Assembly: GCA_947630815.1 (NCBI GenBank) | Contig: CANRJD010000001.1 | Coordinates: 34,127 to 98,126 of the forward strand | Direction: 5' to 3' | Length of the DNA: 64,000 bases | DNA from: an uncultured Akkermansia sp. | Lineage (GTDB): Bacteria > Verrucomicrobiota > Verrucomicrobiia > Verrucomicrobiales > Akkermansiaceae | Shown: positions 1 through 10,691 of the stretch, piece after piece | Layout: each line of letters opens with the position of its first letter | How positions within the stretch are numbered: position 1 is the first letter of the stretch | Program-made: the position numbers and the translations under genes | The notes under the pieces: model-generated | The model's input: the letters and a program-made list of their open reading frames with translations, nothing else | What the model was told of the DNA's origin: nothing | The model's database searches: none

Positions 1-1062
1 AATGCCGGGGAAGATGAAATAGCACTCCGGGGGGATTGCCATCAAGATGAGCGAGAGAGCGGAAATGGACATACCCCAGATCATCAGCTTAACCGTGGAA
101 AAATATTTGAGAACAGGGATGATGACAATGAGGCCGGTGATGATGATGAAAGGATTGAGCGAGTTCATGAAGCCGAGCTGGAAATCATCGCCGATCGTGC
201 GTGTGTAATACTGCGGCATGATCATGAACTGCAAGGTAAACACGAGGCGCACACCCAGCGTGAGGACGAGGAAAATGAGCAACTTTTGGAAAGGCCGCTC
301 ACGGATGACCTCGCCGATGAGTTGCAAGGGACGGCGCGAGGACGCTTTGGACGTAGCGATTTTTTCCTCCGGGACGGCGTAGAAATTCTCGTTGACGAAG
401 CGCGTGAAGATGAAGGCGATGATCTCGCAGCAAGTGCCGAAGTTGACCACCATCTGCAGCCCGTCAGGCCCGGGGAACCACTTGCGGATCGGATCCACAA
501 TGGCAACACCCGCCAGCAACGCCCCGATGTTCATGAAGAGGTAATAAAAGTTGAACCCGGTGGGTCGAGCGCGCAGTGTGGTGAAACGGCGGATGGAAGT
601 GGAGATGCATGGACTCATGAAGGCAGAGCCGAAACTCATGATGGCAATGCCGCCGATGACGATGTAGCGCGAATGATCCTGCGAGAGATCCAGCAGGCGC
701 ATGCCGAAATCCGAACCAAGACCCAAGATAAGGCGTCCGAGGATGAGCATGCTGAAGCCCACCAAGTAGGTGCGTTTCAGACCGATGATGTCGCAGATGG
801 TGCCCACGGCGAACACGAACAGGGAGAGAAACAGCGTGTACATGCCCACCCAAAACGGCGCATCCGCATCTCGAAAGCCGCAGTAGTTCTTCAGGAAGAG
901 GGCAAATACGATGATGAGCGTGAAATACGCCAAACCATCGAAAAATTGAATGAAGTTAGTGAGCCAAAAATTGACGCCGCACTCACGCAGCACGCCAAAC
1001 TCGGAAAAATACCGCACCAGAGGGTTGCGGCTCTCGGACGTTGTCTTTGTTGTATCACTCAT
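1..1062 (-). CDS. MFS transporter (3' end outside window)
   Basis: Manual translation from ATG 1062: MSDTTKTT...FFDGLAYFTLII...GTICDIIGLKR (MFS motif A-like), with several hydrophobic segments; follows ilvD. Confidence 0.8.
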   Translation of the reverse strand, partial: MSDTTKTTSESRNPLVRYFSEFGVLRECGVNFWLTNFIQFFDGLAYFTLIIVFALFLKNYCGFRDADAPFWVGMYTLFLSLFVFAVGTICDIIGLKRTYLVGFSMLILGRLILGLGSDFGMRLLDLSQDHSRYIVIGGIAIMSFGSAFMSPCISTSIRRFTTLRARPTGFNFYYLFMNIGALLAGVAIVDPIRKWFPGPDGLQMVVNFGTCCEIIAFIFTRFVNENFYAVPEEKIATSKASSRRPLQLIGEVIRERPFQKLLIFLVLTLGVRLVFTLQFMIMPQYYTRTIGDDFQLGFMNSLNPFIIITGLIVIIPVLKYFSTVKLMIWGMSISALSLILMAIPPECYFIFPGI

Positions 1063-1075
1063 AGTTTTCCTAATA

Positions 1076-2746
1076 TCAGGCTTCCAGCACGGCTCCTTTG
1101 CTGGCGTTCATGGCCAGCTTGCGGTAGCGTTTCAGCCAGCGGCTCGGGATGTCCTGCATGGTTGGCTTCCAGTTTTTGCGGCGCTCGGCAATTTCCTGTT
1201 CGCTGAGCTCGGCAGTGAGCGTGCGCGCGGGAATGTCGATGGAGATCATGTCGCCGTCTTTCAGCAGGCCGATGAGGCCGCCCTCAGCCGCCTCCGGGGA
1301 GACGTGACCGATGCAGGCTCCGTGGGTCGCGCCGGAGAAACGACCATCGGTAATGAGAGCGACAGAATTGCCGAGGCCCTTGCCCATGATGTAGCTGGTT
1401 GGCGCGAGCATCTCCTGCATACCGGGACCGCCCTTGGGACCTTCATTGCGGATAACCACCACATCGCCCGGCTTCACCTTGTCGGACAGGATGCCGGCGC
1501 AAGCCTCTTCCTGGCTCTCGAAAATAACAGCCGGACCACGATGCACAAGCATTTCCGGCAGCACGCCGGCTTTTTTCACGATAGCGCCTTGCTCCGCTAA
1601 ATTTCCGAAGAGCACGGCCAGCCCGCCATCTTTGGAATAAGCATCTTCAACGGTGTGAATGACCGCCGGATCCTGCGTGGAGAGCCCCTCAATCTGTTCG
1701 GCCAGAGTCTTGCCGGACACCGTTGGCACCTGTGTGTGAAGTGCGCCCGGGATCTTGTTGATTTCTGCGAGGATGGTCATGATGCCGCCCGCGCGCAGGA
1801 CATCGTGCATGTGGTAGCGGGAGCTGGGCGCCACCTTGCAGATATTCGGCGTGCGCTTGGAAATTTCATCGATGCGGCGCAGGTCATAGTTCAGACCTGC
1901 TTCGTTGGCAAAGGCAAGAGTGTGCAGCACCGTGTTACTGGAACCGCCCATCGCCATGTCGCAGGCAAACGCGTTGTCGATACTCTCCATGGTGACGAGG
2001 TCGCGGGGCAGGGGACCGCCCTGTTTAGCTATTTCAACGGCTCGGCGAGCGGCGGCTTTCCAGAGCTGTTTTCGCTCCTCGGAAGTGGCTCCGATTGTGC
2101 CATTGCCCGGCAGCGCGATGCCCAGCACCTCGCACAGGCAGTTCATTGAGTTGGCCGTGAACATGCCGGAGCAGGAACCCGCCCCGGGGCAGGCGTGACA
2201 CTCCACATCGTGCAGCTCATCCTCGGAAATTTTGCCTGCCGTGCACGCGGCGACAGCTTCAAACACGCTGTTGAGGTCCAAATCCTCGCCGTTGCGCCCC
2301 TTGCCCACGGCCATGGGACCGCCGGAGCAGAAGATCGTCGGGATATTGCAGCGGATCGCGCCCATGAGCATGCCGGGGACAATTTTGTCGCAGTTGGGGA
2401 TGCAGATGCAGGCGTCGAATGCGTGAGCGCTCAACATGGTCTCCACGCTGTCGGCGATTAGTTCTCGGCTGGCGAGGGAAAACTTCATCCCCTGATGCGC
2501 CATGGCGATTCCATCACACACGCCAATGAGATTGAATTCGATGGGGGTGCCCCCGGCTTTGCGCACTTCGTCCTTGATGAGCTCTGCCACCTTGTTGAGG
2601 TGCACATGCCCCGGGATCACTTCGTTAAACGAGTTGCAAATGGCAATGAAAGGCTTCTTGATGTCCTCATCCGTCATACCTGTGGCGCGCATCAAGCTGC
2701 GGTGCGGGGCCCGTTCGATTCCGGCTTTCGTTCTGTCCGACAACAT
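1076..2746 (-). CDS. ilvD: Dihydroxy-acid dehydratase
   Basis: [38 protein letters not shown] motifs. Confidence 0.97.
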   Translation of the reverse strand: MLSDRTKAGIERAPHRSLMRATGMTDEDIKKPFIAICNSFNEVIPGHVHLNKVAELIKDEVRKAGGTPIEFNLIGVCDGIAMAHQGMKFSLASRELIADSVETMLSAHAFDACICIPNCDKIVPGMLMGAIRCNIPTIFCSGGPMAVGKGRNGEDLDLNSVFEAVAACTAGKISEDELHDVECHACPGAGSCSGMFTANSMNCLCEVLGIALPGNGTIGATSEERKQLWKAAARRAVEIAKQGGPLPRDLVTMESIDNAFACDMAMGGSSNTVLHTLAFANEAGLNYDLRRIDEISKRTPNICKVAPSSRYHMHDVLRAGGIMTILAEINKIPGALHTQVPTVSGKTLAEQIEGLSTQDPAVIHTVEDAYSKDGGLAVLFGNLAEQGAIVKKAGVLPEMLVHRGPAVIFESQEEACAGILSDKVKPGDVVVIRNEGPKGGPGMQEMLAPTSYIMGKGLGNSVALITDGRFSGATHGACIGHVSPEAAEGGLIGLLKDGDMISIDIPARTLTAELSEQEIAERRKNWKPTMQDIPSRWLKRYRKLAMNASKGAVLEA

Positions 2747-2839
2747 AGCGTGGCTATACTACCACATAGCCTCCCGGTTTGCTAGTAAAATTTTTAGAAT
2801 ACAAACCTAAACTGTTTACAATAAGTGGGTGATTGCTCG

Positions 2840-4756
2840 TTACGCTCGGCGCCGCCGGAGCAGGGGAAGAAACGCGGCGAGGCCGGTCAGCAGCGCGCAG
2901 AGAGCTACGGCCCAGTCGCCAAAGCGGGCATAAAGAGTGAGACCGGCCCGCGTGTCCACCGGGAGAACCGCATAGCTGTAGCCGGGCAGGTGAGGGGTGC
3001 CATCGCCTTTCAGCAGGGCATGGATGACGGCTCCGTTCGGCGCAATGGAGCAGCACACACCCATGTTGGCAGAGCGAACCATGGGGCGCCGCAGCTCGAT
3101 ACAACGCAGGGCAGCAGCGCGCGCCTGCTGCACCCCGCAGGAGGATTTGCGGAACCAGCCATCGTTCGTCACATTGACGATGACCTGCGCCCCGGGGCGG
3201 GCAAAGAGGCGCAGCAAATCGCCCACGGTATCTTCGTAGCACACCGCCGGGATGACTCCGATGCTCTGCTGGGTACCGGGAAGCGGGGTGGGGATAGGCT
3301 CGGTACCGCAGCCGGGGCGGATACCCTCGCCCACTTGGGTGCCGGTGATGCGCGAGTAGGCCTCACCGATCCATTTGACATCCTGCGCGAGGGGAATGTA
3401 CTCACCGAAAGGCATGAGGTGTTGCTTGGAAGCGGTGCGGATACTCTCGAAGTCGCTCGGTATGCAGGCCATGGAGTTGAGCAGCCCTTTGCATTGTACA
3501 CCATCACCGTCGATTTGCAGCAGAATCTCGTCCACCCCCGTGAAAAGCACGAAATCCTGCCCCCCCAGCTCGCGCACGCGTTGGCGAGCCAGCGGCAGGG
3601 CATCGCCCGTGAGCAGGTACTGCTCGCTGATGCGATCCGGCACGTGCTGCAGCGTATCTTCTCGGCGCAGGAAGGGAAAAGGGAGGGCGCTTTCCGGCCA
3701 GACCACCCACACGGGCAGTTGCAGGGTCAGCCCGACCTCCTCATTTTGTTGAGCACGGCGCATGGTGTCGCGAGCGATCTCGTTGAAAGCCTGCACAGTG
3801 GAGTCCAAGTAGAGGCGGTACTGCCCGGGGGAGCGAGGTTCGGTGATGTGCTCTGTCTGATCTTTGTTAATTTGCACAGCGAGCACCGGCAGGGGCAAAA
3901 CATCCGGGCGTTGAAGCATTTTATTGGGCGCATATTCCTGCGCCATCCACAGCCCACCGCTGAAGAGCATGAAGAGCAGAATCACAGCACCGTAGAAATC
4001 CCAAGGACGGCAACCGATCCCGACGTCTTTGAAATGCATCACCGTACGCCGCACTGCGCACCAGATAATCACCGTTGTAGCCACGGGGATGAAGGAGAGC
4101 GCTGAACTGCCGACGAACTCGGCCCATTGCACGAAGGAGAGACCGCCGTAGAGGGCAGAGCCGAGACTGTTCCAACTGAAGCCGAGCGTGCCATGTGCGC
4201 GGAGCCACTCAATGCATACCCAGAGCGAGCCCAAGCCGATGGCACTGCGGAGAGTGGAGAGCAAATCTGCTTTCGCCCAGGCAGCCCATTCTTTTTTGCG
4301 CTCAGCCTGTGGAGCCTCATTCCCGATGGGAGCCGGGGAAAGAAGAGGTCGCAGCAGGGTGCCTGCCAAACTCGCCCACAGACCCGGCAGGCAGGCGTAC
4401 ACCGCCATGAGCGGGACAAAAGCAACAGCCATAAAGAGTGCTTGGGGAATACCGAAGACGTACCCCACCTCGTGGATCCACCAGAAACTGACGCAATACC
4501 AGCCCATGCCGTACAGCCAGCCCATGGCAAAGGAGCGTTTCCACCCGATTTTCCCCCGCCAAAGCACGGTGAGCAGAGGCAGCAGCGCTATCCATACCAG
4601 ATTTCCCCAATCGTACGGAGGAAAGGCAAAAGCCATGACAACTCCACCTGTGAGGGCCGTGAGGGCATCGACCCACCAGACTCGATTCATGGTAGCTGAA
4701 GTGTTGGATTCTGAAACCTTTGAGGGGCCTATCTGCTCATCCCGCCGTGCGTTCAT
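2840..4756 (-). CDS. lnt: Apolipoprotein N-acyltransferase
   Basis: N-terminal TM helices; nitrilase-fold triad VVWPES, SKQHLMPFGEYIP, VCYED; TNDGWF; TLYARFGD. Confidence 0.93.
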   Translation of the reverse strand: MNARRDEQIGPSKVSESNTSATMNRVWWVDALTALTGGVVMAFAFPPYDWGNLVWIALLPLLTVLWRGKIGWKRSFAMGWLYGMGWYCVSFWWIHEVGYVFGIPQALFMAVAFVPLMAVYACLPGLWASLAGTLLRPLLSPAPIGNEAPQAERKKEWAAWAKADLLSTLRSAIGLGSLWVCIEWLRAHGTLGFSWNSLGSALYGGLSFVQWAEFVGSSALSFIPVATTVIIWCAVRRTVMHFKDVGIGCRPWDFYGAVILLFMLFSGGLWMAQEYAPNKMLQRPDVLPLPVLAVQINKDQTEHITEPRSPGQYRLYLDSTVQAFNEIARDTMRRAQQNEEVGLTLQLPVWVVWPESALPFPFLRREDTLQHVPDRISEQYLLTGDALPLARQRVRELGGQDFVLFTGVDEILLQIDGDGVQCKGLLNSMACIPSDFESIRTASKQHLMPFGEYIPLAQDVKWIGEAYSRITGTQVGEGIRPGCGTEPIPTPLPGTQQSIGVIPAVCYEDTVGDLLRLFARPGAQVIVNVTNDGWFRKSSCGVQQARAAALRCIELRRPMVRSANMGVCCSIAPNGAVIHALLKGDGTPHLPGYSYAVLPVDTRAGLTLYARFGDWAVALCALLTGLAAFLPLLRRRRA

Positions 4757-4860
4757 GTCCTCATTCTGCCGTGAAAAAACCTATCTTGCAATAAAAAAGG
4801 GTTGCATTTAGCAAAAAAATCAGAAACAATATCTGCGGGCCGAAATGAGCCCTGCACATT

Positions 4861-5094
4861 ATGGCTGAAAAAGACGATAAAAATGAGAAAAACGTACCCG
4901 GTAAGTTCTATGTCGACAGCAGCTGCATCGACTGCGACTTGTGCCGCGAATCCGCGCCGGACTTCTTTGCCCGTGATGATGACGAAGGTGTTTCATACGT
5001 GAAGAAGCAGCCCGGTACGGATGATGAAGTAGCCACATGCACCGAGGCTTTGGAGGGATGCCCCGTCCAGGCTATTGGTGATGATGGTGAGTAA
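4861..5094 (+). CDS. Ferredoxin (single cluster)
   Basis: CIDCDLC...CPVQAI. Confidence 0.9.
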   Translation: MAEKDDKNEKNVPGKFYVDSSCIDCDLCRESAPDFFARDDDEGVSYVKKQPGTDDEVATCTEALEGCPVQAIGDDGE

Positions 5095-5286
5095 TCTATC
5101 TTATCAAGCAGCATGACCTCGGGAGGCGATTGCCGCCCGGGGTCTCGCATTCTTCACATGCCCCGCGAAGGCAACCCACCAGCGCCGCGCCGCCGCCGGA
5201 TGATATCGTCCGGCCGCAGACGCCGTGCCGCGCCATCTGAGCCGCAGCCCCATCCTCCTGCGTCTGCCAAGGTTCCGCGTTACAAT

Positions 5287-5694
5287 ATGGTACACTACCC
5301 GGATGACACTCTTCGTCCGGAGCGCTATGCCACCCGCCGCGCCGGCATGAAGCGTCAGGCTGAGGCGGACATGTTTGGGGGTGTTGCACCTTTGTCAACC
5401 GGTGCCAACATGCGAGATATTACATCTATTCTCACAGAAGTGGTGAGTCGGCTGGACTTGCAAGAGACGCAATTCGCTCCGGAGTTTTTGGCAGAGGTGT
5501 GGCACCGTGCCATGGGCGACTTCGTGGCTTCGCAATCCACGCTGGTGTCCCTTCGTGACGGTTGTGCAACGATCCGCGCCCCCCATCCCACCGTGTGTTT
5601 TGAGCTGCGCCGCCAACGTCAGGGGCTCATCCGCACGCTCAACGAAGTGATGGGTGAAAATTGTGTTCGTTCCGTCAACGTACGCAGCAAATGA
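5287..5694 (+). CDS. DUF721/DciA-like protein (start uncertain; ORF open from 5113)
   Basis: W...MG..VA..S....L.DG...I...HP...FEL....L...LN pattern. Confidence 0.65.
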   Translation: MVHYPDDTLRPERYATRRAGMKRQAEADMFGGVAPLSTGANMRDITSILTEVVSRLDLQETQFAPEFLAEVWHRAMGDFVASQSTLVSLRDGCATIRAPHPTVCFELRRQRQGLIRTLNEVMGENCVRSVNVRSK

Positions 5695-5702
5695 GTTGCG
5701 CA

Positions 5703-5731
5703 TTGCACCCGGAAGCGATCTTGTGTATAAT
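5703..5731 (+). promoter_or_regulatory. Sigma70 promoter, leaderless-type
   Basis: TTGCAC-N17-TATAAT, then 6 nt to ATG 5738. Confidence 0.7.
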
Positions 5732-5737
5732 GGGGGC

Positions 5738-6577
5738 ATGATCACGACAGAAACACGTCATGGCTTCCCGGTGCAGAGGGTGGAGACACTGCTGGGCACG
5801 TTGGAGGTATCGCAGTACGGGGCGCATGTATTGGGATGGACGCCGAGTGGTGGCAGGCCGGTATTTTACATGAGCGGGACGGCAGTGTATGCCGAGGGCA
5901 AAGCGTTGCGCGGCGGCATTCCCATCTGCTGGCCGTGGTTTGGTAAGCATCCAACGGAGCCAAAAAGCAACCCTTCTCACGGACTTGCGCGCATCAGCAT
6001 GTGGCAGTTTGAGCATGGCGAGGAGTCGGCGGAGGGAGAGGCACGGCTGGAGTATGCGCTGCGTTTGTCGGGGCAACCTGTGGCTGAGTACGAATTGCAC
6101 ATGAGTCGGGACACGCTGGAAATCACGCTACGCACACGGCAAACCCCGGAAGATATGCCCTTCTCAGCGGCTCTGCATTCCTATTTCTCGGTGAGTGATT
6201 ACGAGCGCGTGAGCATCGCTGGGTTGGAGGGGGGGGCCTTTACCGAATATGCGACTGATGCGGTTGCACACAGCGAGGCTCCGCTGGTGCCTGCCGGGCA
6301 TATCGACCGCATCTATTACCCGGTGGCTGCTGAGCGGGAGATCTGCGTGAATGATGCAGCGTGGGGGCGCGTCTTACGCATAACCCGCCGCGGTTCGAAA
6401 TCCTGCGTGGTGTGGAACCCCGGGGAAGCGGGAGCTGCCGGCATGAGTGACGTGGAGCCGGGCACGAGCCATTCCTTCTTGGCCGTAGAGGCGACTGTAG
6501 TTCCGGACGAAAAATTGATCTTGCACGCCGGGGAGAGTCATGAGTTGCACATGGCGGTGAGTGTCCATGCGCTATGA
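5738..6577 (+). CDS. D-hexose-6-phosphate mutarotase / aldose 1-epimerase family
   Basis: GAHVLGW, RGGIPICWPWFG, HGLAR, ALHSYF, VVWNPG. Confidence 0.9.
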   Translation: MITTETRHGFPVQRVETLLGTLEVSQYGAHVLGWTPSGGRPVFYMSGTAVYAEGKALRGGIPICWPWFGKHPTEPKSNPSHGLARISMWQFEHGEESAEGEARLEYALRLSGQPVAEYELHMSRDTLEITLRTRQTPEDMPFSAALHSYFSVSDYERVSIAGLEGGAFTEYATDAVAHSEAPLVPAGHIDRIYYPVAAEREICVNDAAWGRVLRITRRGSKSCVVWNPGEAGAAGMSDVEPGTSHSFLAVEATVVPDEKLILHAGESHELHMAVSVHAL

Positions 6578-7266
6578 AGCTGGATTCACAGATCACCCGC
6601 GTTGAGCTGGAGCGCCTTTTCATGAAGCTCACGCTGGCGGAGTTTCTGGGCAACACACCGCTCAACTTGCGCATGTTTGCGCGCTATGCGGTGCTTTTCG
6701 TGTTGTTCCCGAGCATGGTGCTCGGATTTCGCGCCGGGCTGTGGATCATGTTGGCGTTCTGTGCGGGTATGCTGACAGCCATGCTTGCCGGGCAGAATGA
6801 ATGGGCATACGCGGCGGTAAAAATTTGGCTACTTGTCGGGGTGGTCGTGTTCATCGGAGTGGTGGCCAGCACGTCGCTGTCGGCTGTGAAGCGCTTGAGG
6901 GAGTCCCGCTCCGCGCGCCCGGCGGATCGTCCTATCTCTTCTTCCTCATCTCCCACTCCCTGTGGAGAATTACCGATGCCTTGGCGGAGAGATCAGGACG
7001 CATATACGGCACAGATAACGCTATGTGCGGATCAGGCAGGCATTTATGCCCTGCTGATCGAATTGCAGGACTGCGGGCGCGGTCATTTGGTGGCCGAGGG
7101 AATGCGCGGTTTGTGTTGTCCGCGCCGTTCAGGAGGAGAGAACAATTTGAAACTTCTCGCGCTGCTGAAGTTGGAAGCAGGTGAGCACCGCTTGCGTTGG
7201 CGGTTTGTGGGCGACGACTCGCACTGCCCGCGTGGTACAGCTACACTTCTCTGTCGCCCGAGGTGA
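6574..7266 (+). CDS. Hypothetical membrane protein
   Basis: ATGA overlap with the upstream gene; about 3 hydrophobic segments. Confidence 0.65.
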   Translation: MKLDSQITRVELERLFMKLTLAEFLGNTPLNLRMFARYAVLFVLFPSMVLGFRAGLWIMLAFCAGMLTAMLAGQNEWAYAAVKIWLLVGVVVFIGVVASTSLSAVKRLRESRSARPADRPISSSSSPTPCGELPMPWRRDQDAYTAQITLCADQAGIYALLIELQDCGRGHLVAEGMRGLCCPRRSGGENNLKLLALLKLEAGEHRLRWRFVGDDSHCPRGTATLLCRPR

Positions 7267-7342
7267 GCGCTCTGCGATGGAGCCCACAAAAAAGCGCACC
7301 TACTCGGGGTGCGCTTGGAAAGGAAGTGTATTGCCTCCGAAA

Positions 7343-7678
7343 TCAGTAGCGAATGTGGTAATCGCCCGGTTCCCGGGGGGCTTCCGGCTCACGATCACAG
7401 GGAGGAAGCATACTGTTGAGATGGCGTTTCTGAATGGTTTTCTTCAGCCCCGCATCGTTTCTCTCGGTAATTTCTTTGGCCTCCTTGATGGCCTTCTGGC
7501 GCTCCTCTTCGGCTTTGGCTGTTGCCTTATCGTGAGCGTCGAGACTGGCTTTCTGCCGGTCGGTTGCCACGTCTCTCAGCGATCCTTCCGATACATCGCT
7601 GGGGGTCATATCCGGTGCGGCCATCAGGGATGGCACGGCTGTCGCGATCAAAATGGCGGGTATGAGAAATTTTTTCAT
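7343..7678 (-). CDS. Secreted hypothetical protein
   Basis: Signal peptide MKKFLIPAILIATAVPSLMA followed by a charged helical body. Confidence 0.7.
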   Translation of the reverse strand: MKKFLIPAILIATAVPSLMAAPDMTPSDVSEGSLRDVATDRQKASLDAHDKATAKAEEERQKAIKEAKEITERNDAGLKKTIQKRHLNSMLPPCDREPEAPREPGDYHIRY

Positions 7679-7752
7679 GGCAATAGGTTACAGGCAGTAT
7701 AAATGAACTAAATGCTAAGTCAAGATAATTTTTTAGGGCGAATCAATTTTTC

Positions 7753-7785
7753 CACATCCGTCCCAAGAAACAGCACCCCCAATGG
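7753..7785. repeat. Dispersed 33-bp intergenic repeat (copy 1)
   Basis: cacatccgtcccaagaaacagcacccccaatgg; 30/33 identical to the reverse complement of 14183-14215. Confidence 0.7.
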
Positions 7786-7832
7786 TAATGTAGCAACCGT
7801 AGGCTGCTGCCTATGTACGATTATAGAAAGGG

Positions 7833-8897
7833 TCACGATGTGTGCCGCAGACGCAGCTGCCCACACGCAGCGTTGATATCCAAGCCTTTTTCGTAGCGCA
7901 GGGTTGTAGGGATGTGGTGAGAAAGGAGGGTGCGACAGAACGAACGGCATGCGTCTTCCGAGGGGCGCTGCCAGTCCAACCCCTGCACGGGATTGTAGGG
8001 GATGAGATTGACTTTGGCTCGAAGTCTTTGTGCCAGAGAGACAAGTTCCTGGGCGTGCTGTGGTGCATTGTTCACACCGGAAATGAGAATGTACTCCAGC
8101 GTTATTTTGTGTTTGGAACTGGCTTGCCACGTCTCCAACGCAGGAATGAGTTCGGCGAGCGGTCAACGCCGATTCACCGGCATGATGCGAGAGCGAACTT
8201 CATCCGTGGCACCGTGAAGTGAGACTGCCAGTCGCACTGGAATGCCGCTATTTGCCAATTTCAGCAACCCCGGCACATTGCCGGATGTGGAGACAGTGAT
8301 GTGGCGAGGACTGAGGGCGAGAGCGTGCGGATCGGTGATGAGTCGCAGAGCAGGGAGCAGGTTCTCAGTGTTGGCGAGGGGCTCGCCCATACCCATGAAC
8401 ACGAGATTATCCACGCGCTCGCCCGCCTCCCGCTCAGCAGCGAAAATTTGACCAATGATTTCGCCGGTGGTGAGGTTACGTTTGAGTCCGTGCAACCCAC
8501 TGGCGCAAAATTTGCAACCGAACGCGCAGCCAACCTGGGAAGAAACGCAAAGTGTGAGCCGGGTACTCTGCGTGCCTGCATCACCCACGGCGGCCGGGAT
8601 GAGCACCATTTCCACCAGCTCATCATCCTGCATGCGGCAGAGCAGCTTGCGGGTGCGACCCGTGGCAGATTGCGAATGATCCACCACAGCGAGGGGGCTC
8701 AGCGAGTAACGCGCGGCGAGGTTGTGGCGCAGAGCCGGAGGCAGGTTGGTCATTTGCTCGAAATCGGACGCTCGCTTTTTCCATATCCACTCCATAAGTT
8801 GGGTGGCACGGTAGGCACGAGTTTCGCCGAGCCCGGCCAAAGCGTCAACCAGTGCATCTCGGGTGAAGCCGCAGAGTAGGGGACGGACCGGGGGCAT
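7833..8897 (-). pseudogene. rlmN: 23S rRNA m2A2503 methyltransferase RlmN with one in-frame TGA at 8163-8165
   Basis: CVSSQVGCAFGCKFC, MGMGEP, AVSLH; continues in the same frame after IMPVNRR*PLAEL to EYILI, NLIPYNP, INAACGQL. Confidence 0.88.
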
Positions 8898-8904
8898 GGT
8901 CGAA

Positions 8905-9753
8905 TCAGAGCAGGGTGTCCACGTAGCTTTTGGCATCAAAGGAACGAAGCTGGTCTTCGCTTTCGCCAGTTCCGATCCATACAGGGGAAATGCCCAGCTC
9001 ATCTTGTACGGCGACAGCTACGCCACCCTTGCCAGAGCCATCCAATTTTGTGATGATAAGACCGTTGAGCGGCGCAGCTTTGTGGAATTCACGCGCTTGC
9101 AGCAGAGCGTTACTTCCCGTGGTAGCATCTACCACCAGATAGCAAGCGTGGGGCGCAGAGGCATCTTGTTTGGCGAGAGAGCGGCGGATTTTTGCGAGCT
9201 CCTCCATGAGATTGTGACGCGTGTGCAGACGACCGGCTGTGTCGCAGATCAGGAATCGCGTCCCTTCGCGCAGGGCGCGAGTGTGAGCCTCGTAGCACAC
9301 GGAGGCGGGATCCTGGTTAGGCTGGCCTTTGTAGATAGGAATGTGCAGACGCGTGGCCCAACGCTCCAGTTGCTCCACCGCAGCCGCACGAAAGGTGTCA
9401 GCAGCCGCCAGCAGCACGCTTTCACCGCGTTTTTGCAGCATGTGAGCGAGCTTGGCACAGGTGGTGGTCTTACCTGCACCGTTTACCCCGATGAGCAGAA
9501 TGACGCAGGGGTGACCATCTTGGGGCACTGGCAGATCAGGCGTCGTGGCAGGGAAAGCAGAGCGGAGCTGTTGCTTGATGTAATCCACGATTTCGCAGGC
9601 GTCGTGTTCATCACGTTCTTGCAGTTCACCGAGCATGCGTATGACACGTGCTGCGCCGATGTCAGCGGAGATGAGGTCGGCCTCCAGCTCATCCCAATCA
9701 ATGGTTGGTTCACCCAGCAGTTTGTCGATCAGTTTATTGAAGAAGTTAGCCAT
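8905..9753 (-). CDS. ftsY: SRP receptor FtsY (NG domain only)
   Basis: GVNGAGKTTT, DTFRAAA, DTAGRL, TKLDGSGKGG. Confidence 0.96.
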   Translation of the reverse strand: MANFFNKLIDKLLGEPTIDWDELEADLISADIGAARVIRMLGELQERDEHDACEIVDYIKQQLRSAFPATTPDLPVPQDGHPCVILLIGVNGAGKTTTCAKLAHMLQKRGESVLLAAADTFRAAAVEQLERWATRLHIPIYKGQPNQDPASVCYEAHTRALREGTRFLICDTAGRLHTRHNLMEELAKIRRSLAKQDASAPHACYLVVDATTGSNALLQAREFHKAAPLNGLIITKLDGSGKGGVAVAVQDELGISPVWIGTGESEDQLRSFDAKSYVDTLL

Positions 9754-9761
9754 GGTAGTTG

Positions 9762-10676
9762 TTAAGCTTCGGGTTGAGGTGCGTCTGGCGTGAGTTGCAT
9801 GACTGCCGTAGCGATAATGCCGTGGATGAAGGGCGCGCTTTTGCCGCCGGAGAACTCATCCGCGAGAATGCAAGCCTCCGAGATGACGATGCCGGGATCG
9901 AGCTTGCGCTGTATCAAGTCGTTGAGAGCAATGTAGAGGATGCAACGATCCACAGTATTGAGGCGTTCGGGCACATAGTTTCGCAGCAGAGTACGCAGCA
10001 GCTCTTCCCATTTTCCGCGCTGTGAAAATATGTCCCGCGCCATTTGTTCGGTGAGCGGGCGGCGTTCGCGCATAGCTTCCGCGTACCGTGCCAGGTCGGT
10101 GTGTTCGTTGCGCGGCTCAATTTGTTCCGGATGCGCCAGTCGTGCGCAACCGGCTGCAGCTTTCCGTACGCGGCGCAATACCCCGGCATAGGCCTCGACA
10201 GCCTCTCCCGTTTCGCCCTCCAGCGCAGGCAGCATATTTTGAGTCAGCTCGCACATGCGGACGCAGGTGCGGATGACGCCATCGTCGTACTCCTTCAGCA
10301 TCGCAACCTCCTGATCACTTGCGACAGTATCCATGTGTCGGCGCAAGTAATGGATATGCGTAGGTAGGGTCTGCGTAAGACGCAGCAGCTCCCGTGCATC
10401 GGGAGGAAGAGCTTGCAGCCGCGGCTGTGTTGTGGCGGTAGCGCAGAAGTTTTCCGTGCGGCTCTGCAGTGAATCCTGCAGGTCGCCGAGCGATCGAGTT
10501 TCATGCAGCGTTGCTTTGGCCAGCACCTTGGCGTAGCGCTTGGCATCATTTTCAGAGACGAGCGTCCAGTAGGAGTCGAACGGGAATGAATCTTGGGCAA
10601 GCGGGTCCACCCCCTGCGTTTCCATGGCGTAGATGAGCAGCAGGGTTGACTTGCGGATTTGTCGTTGGTTGAGCAT
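9762..10676 (-). CDS. nusB: Transcription antitermination factor NusB with a large internal insertion
   Basis: C-terminal RLNTVDRCIL...VISEACILADEFSGGKSAPFIHGII; ribH-nusB-ftsY synteny. Confidence 0.85.
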   Translation of the reverse strand: MLNQRQIRKSTLLLIYAMETQGVDPLAQDSFPFDSYWTLVSENDAKRYAKVLAKATLHETRSLGDLQDSLQSRTENFCATATTQPRLQALPPDARELLRLTQTLPTHIHYLRRHMDTVASDQEVAMLKEYDDGVIRTCVRMCELTQNMLPALEGETGEAVEAYAGVLRRVRKAAAGCARLAHPEQIEPRNEHTDLARYAEAMRERRPLTEQMARDIFSQRGKWEELLRTLLRNYVPERLNTVDRCILYIALNDLIQRKLDPGIVISEACILADEFSGGKSAPFIHGIIATAVMQLTPDAPQPEA

Positions 10677-10691
10677 ATCCGTGAGCGTGGG

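Noticed and set aside
3375-3398. TTTGACA...ATG in the host region
   Set aside because: 15-nt spacing and antisense within lnt; treated as chance
286-4105. Long plus-strand ORFs (286-1206, 950-1600, 2825-4105)
   Set aside because: Antisense shadows of the MFS gene, ilvD and lnt in GC-rich DNA
8163-8165. Genetic code 4/25 or selenocysteine
   Set aside because: TGA terminates many other genes here; the position is not a Cys site
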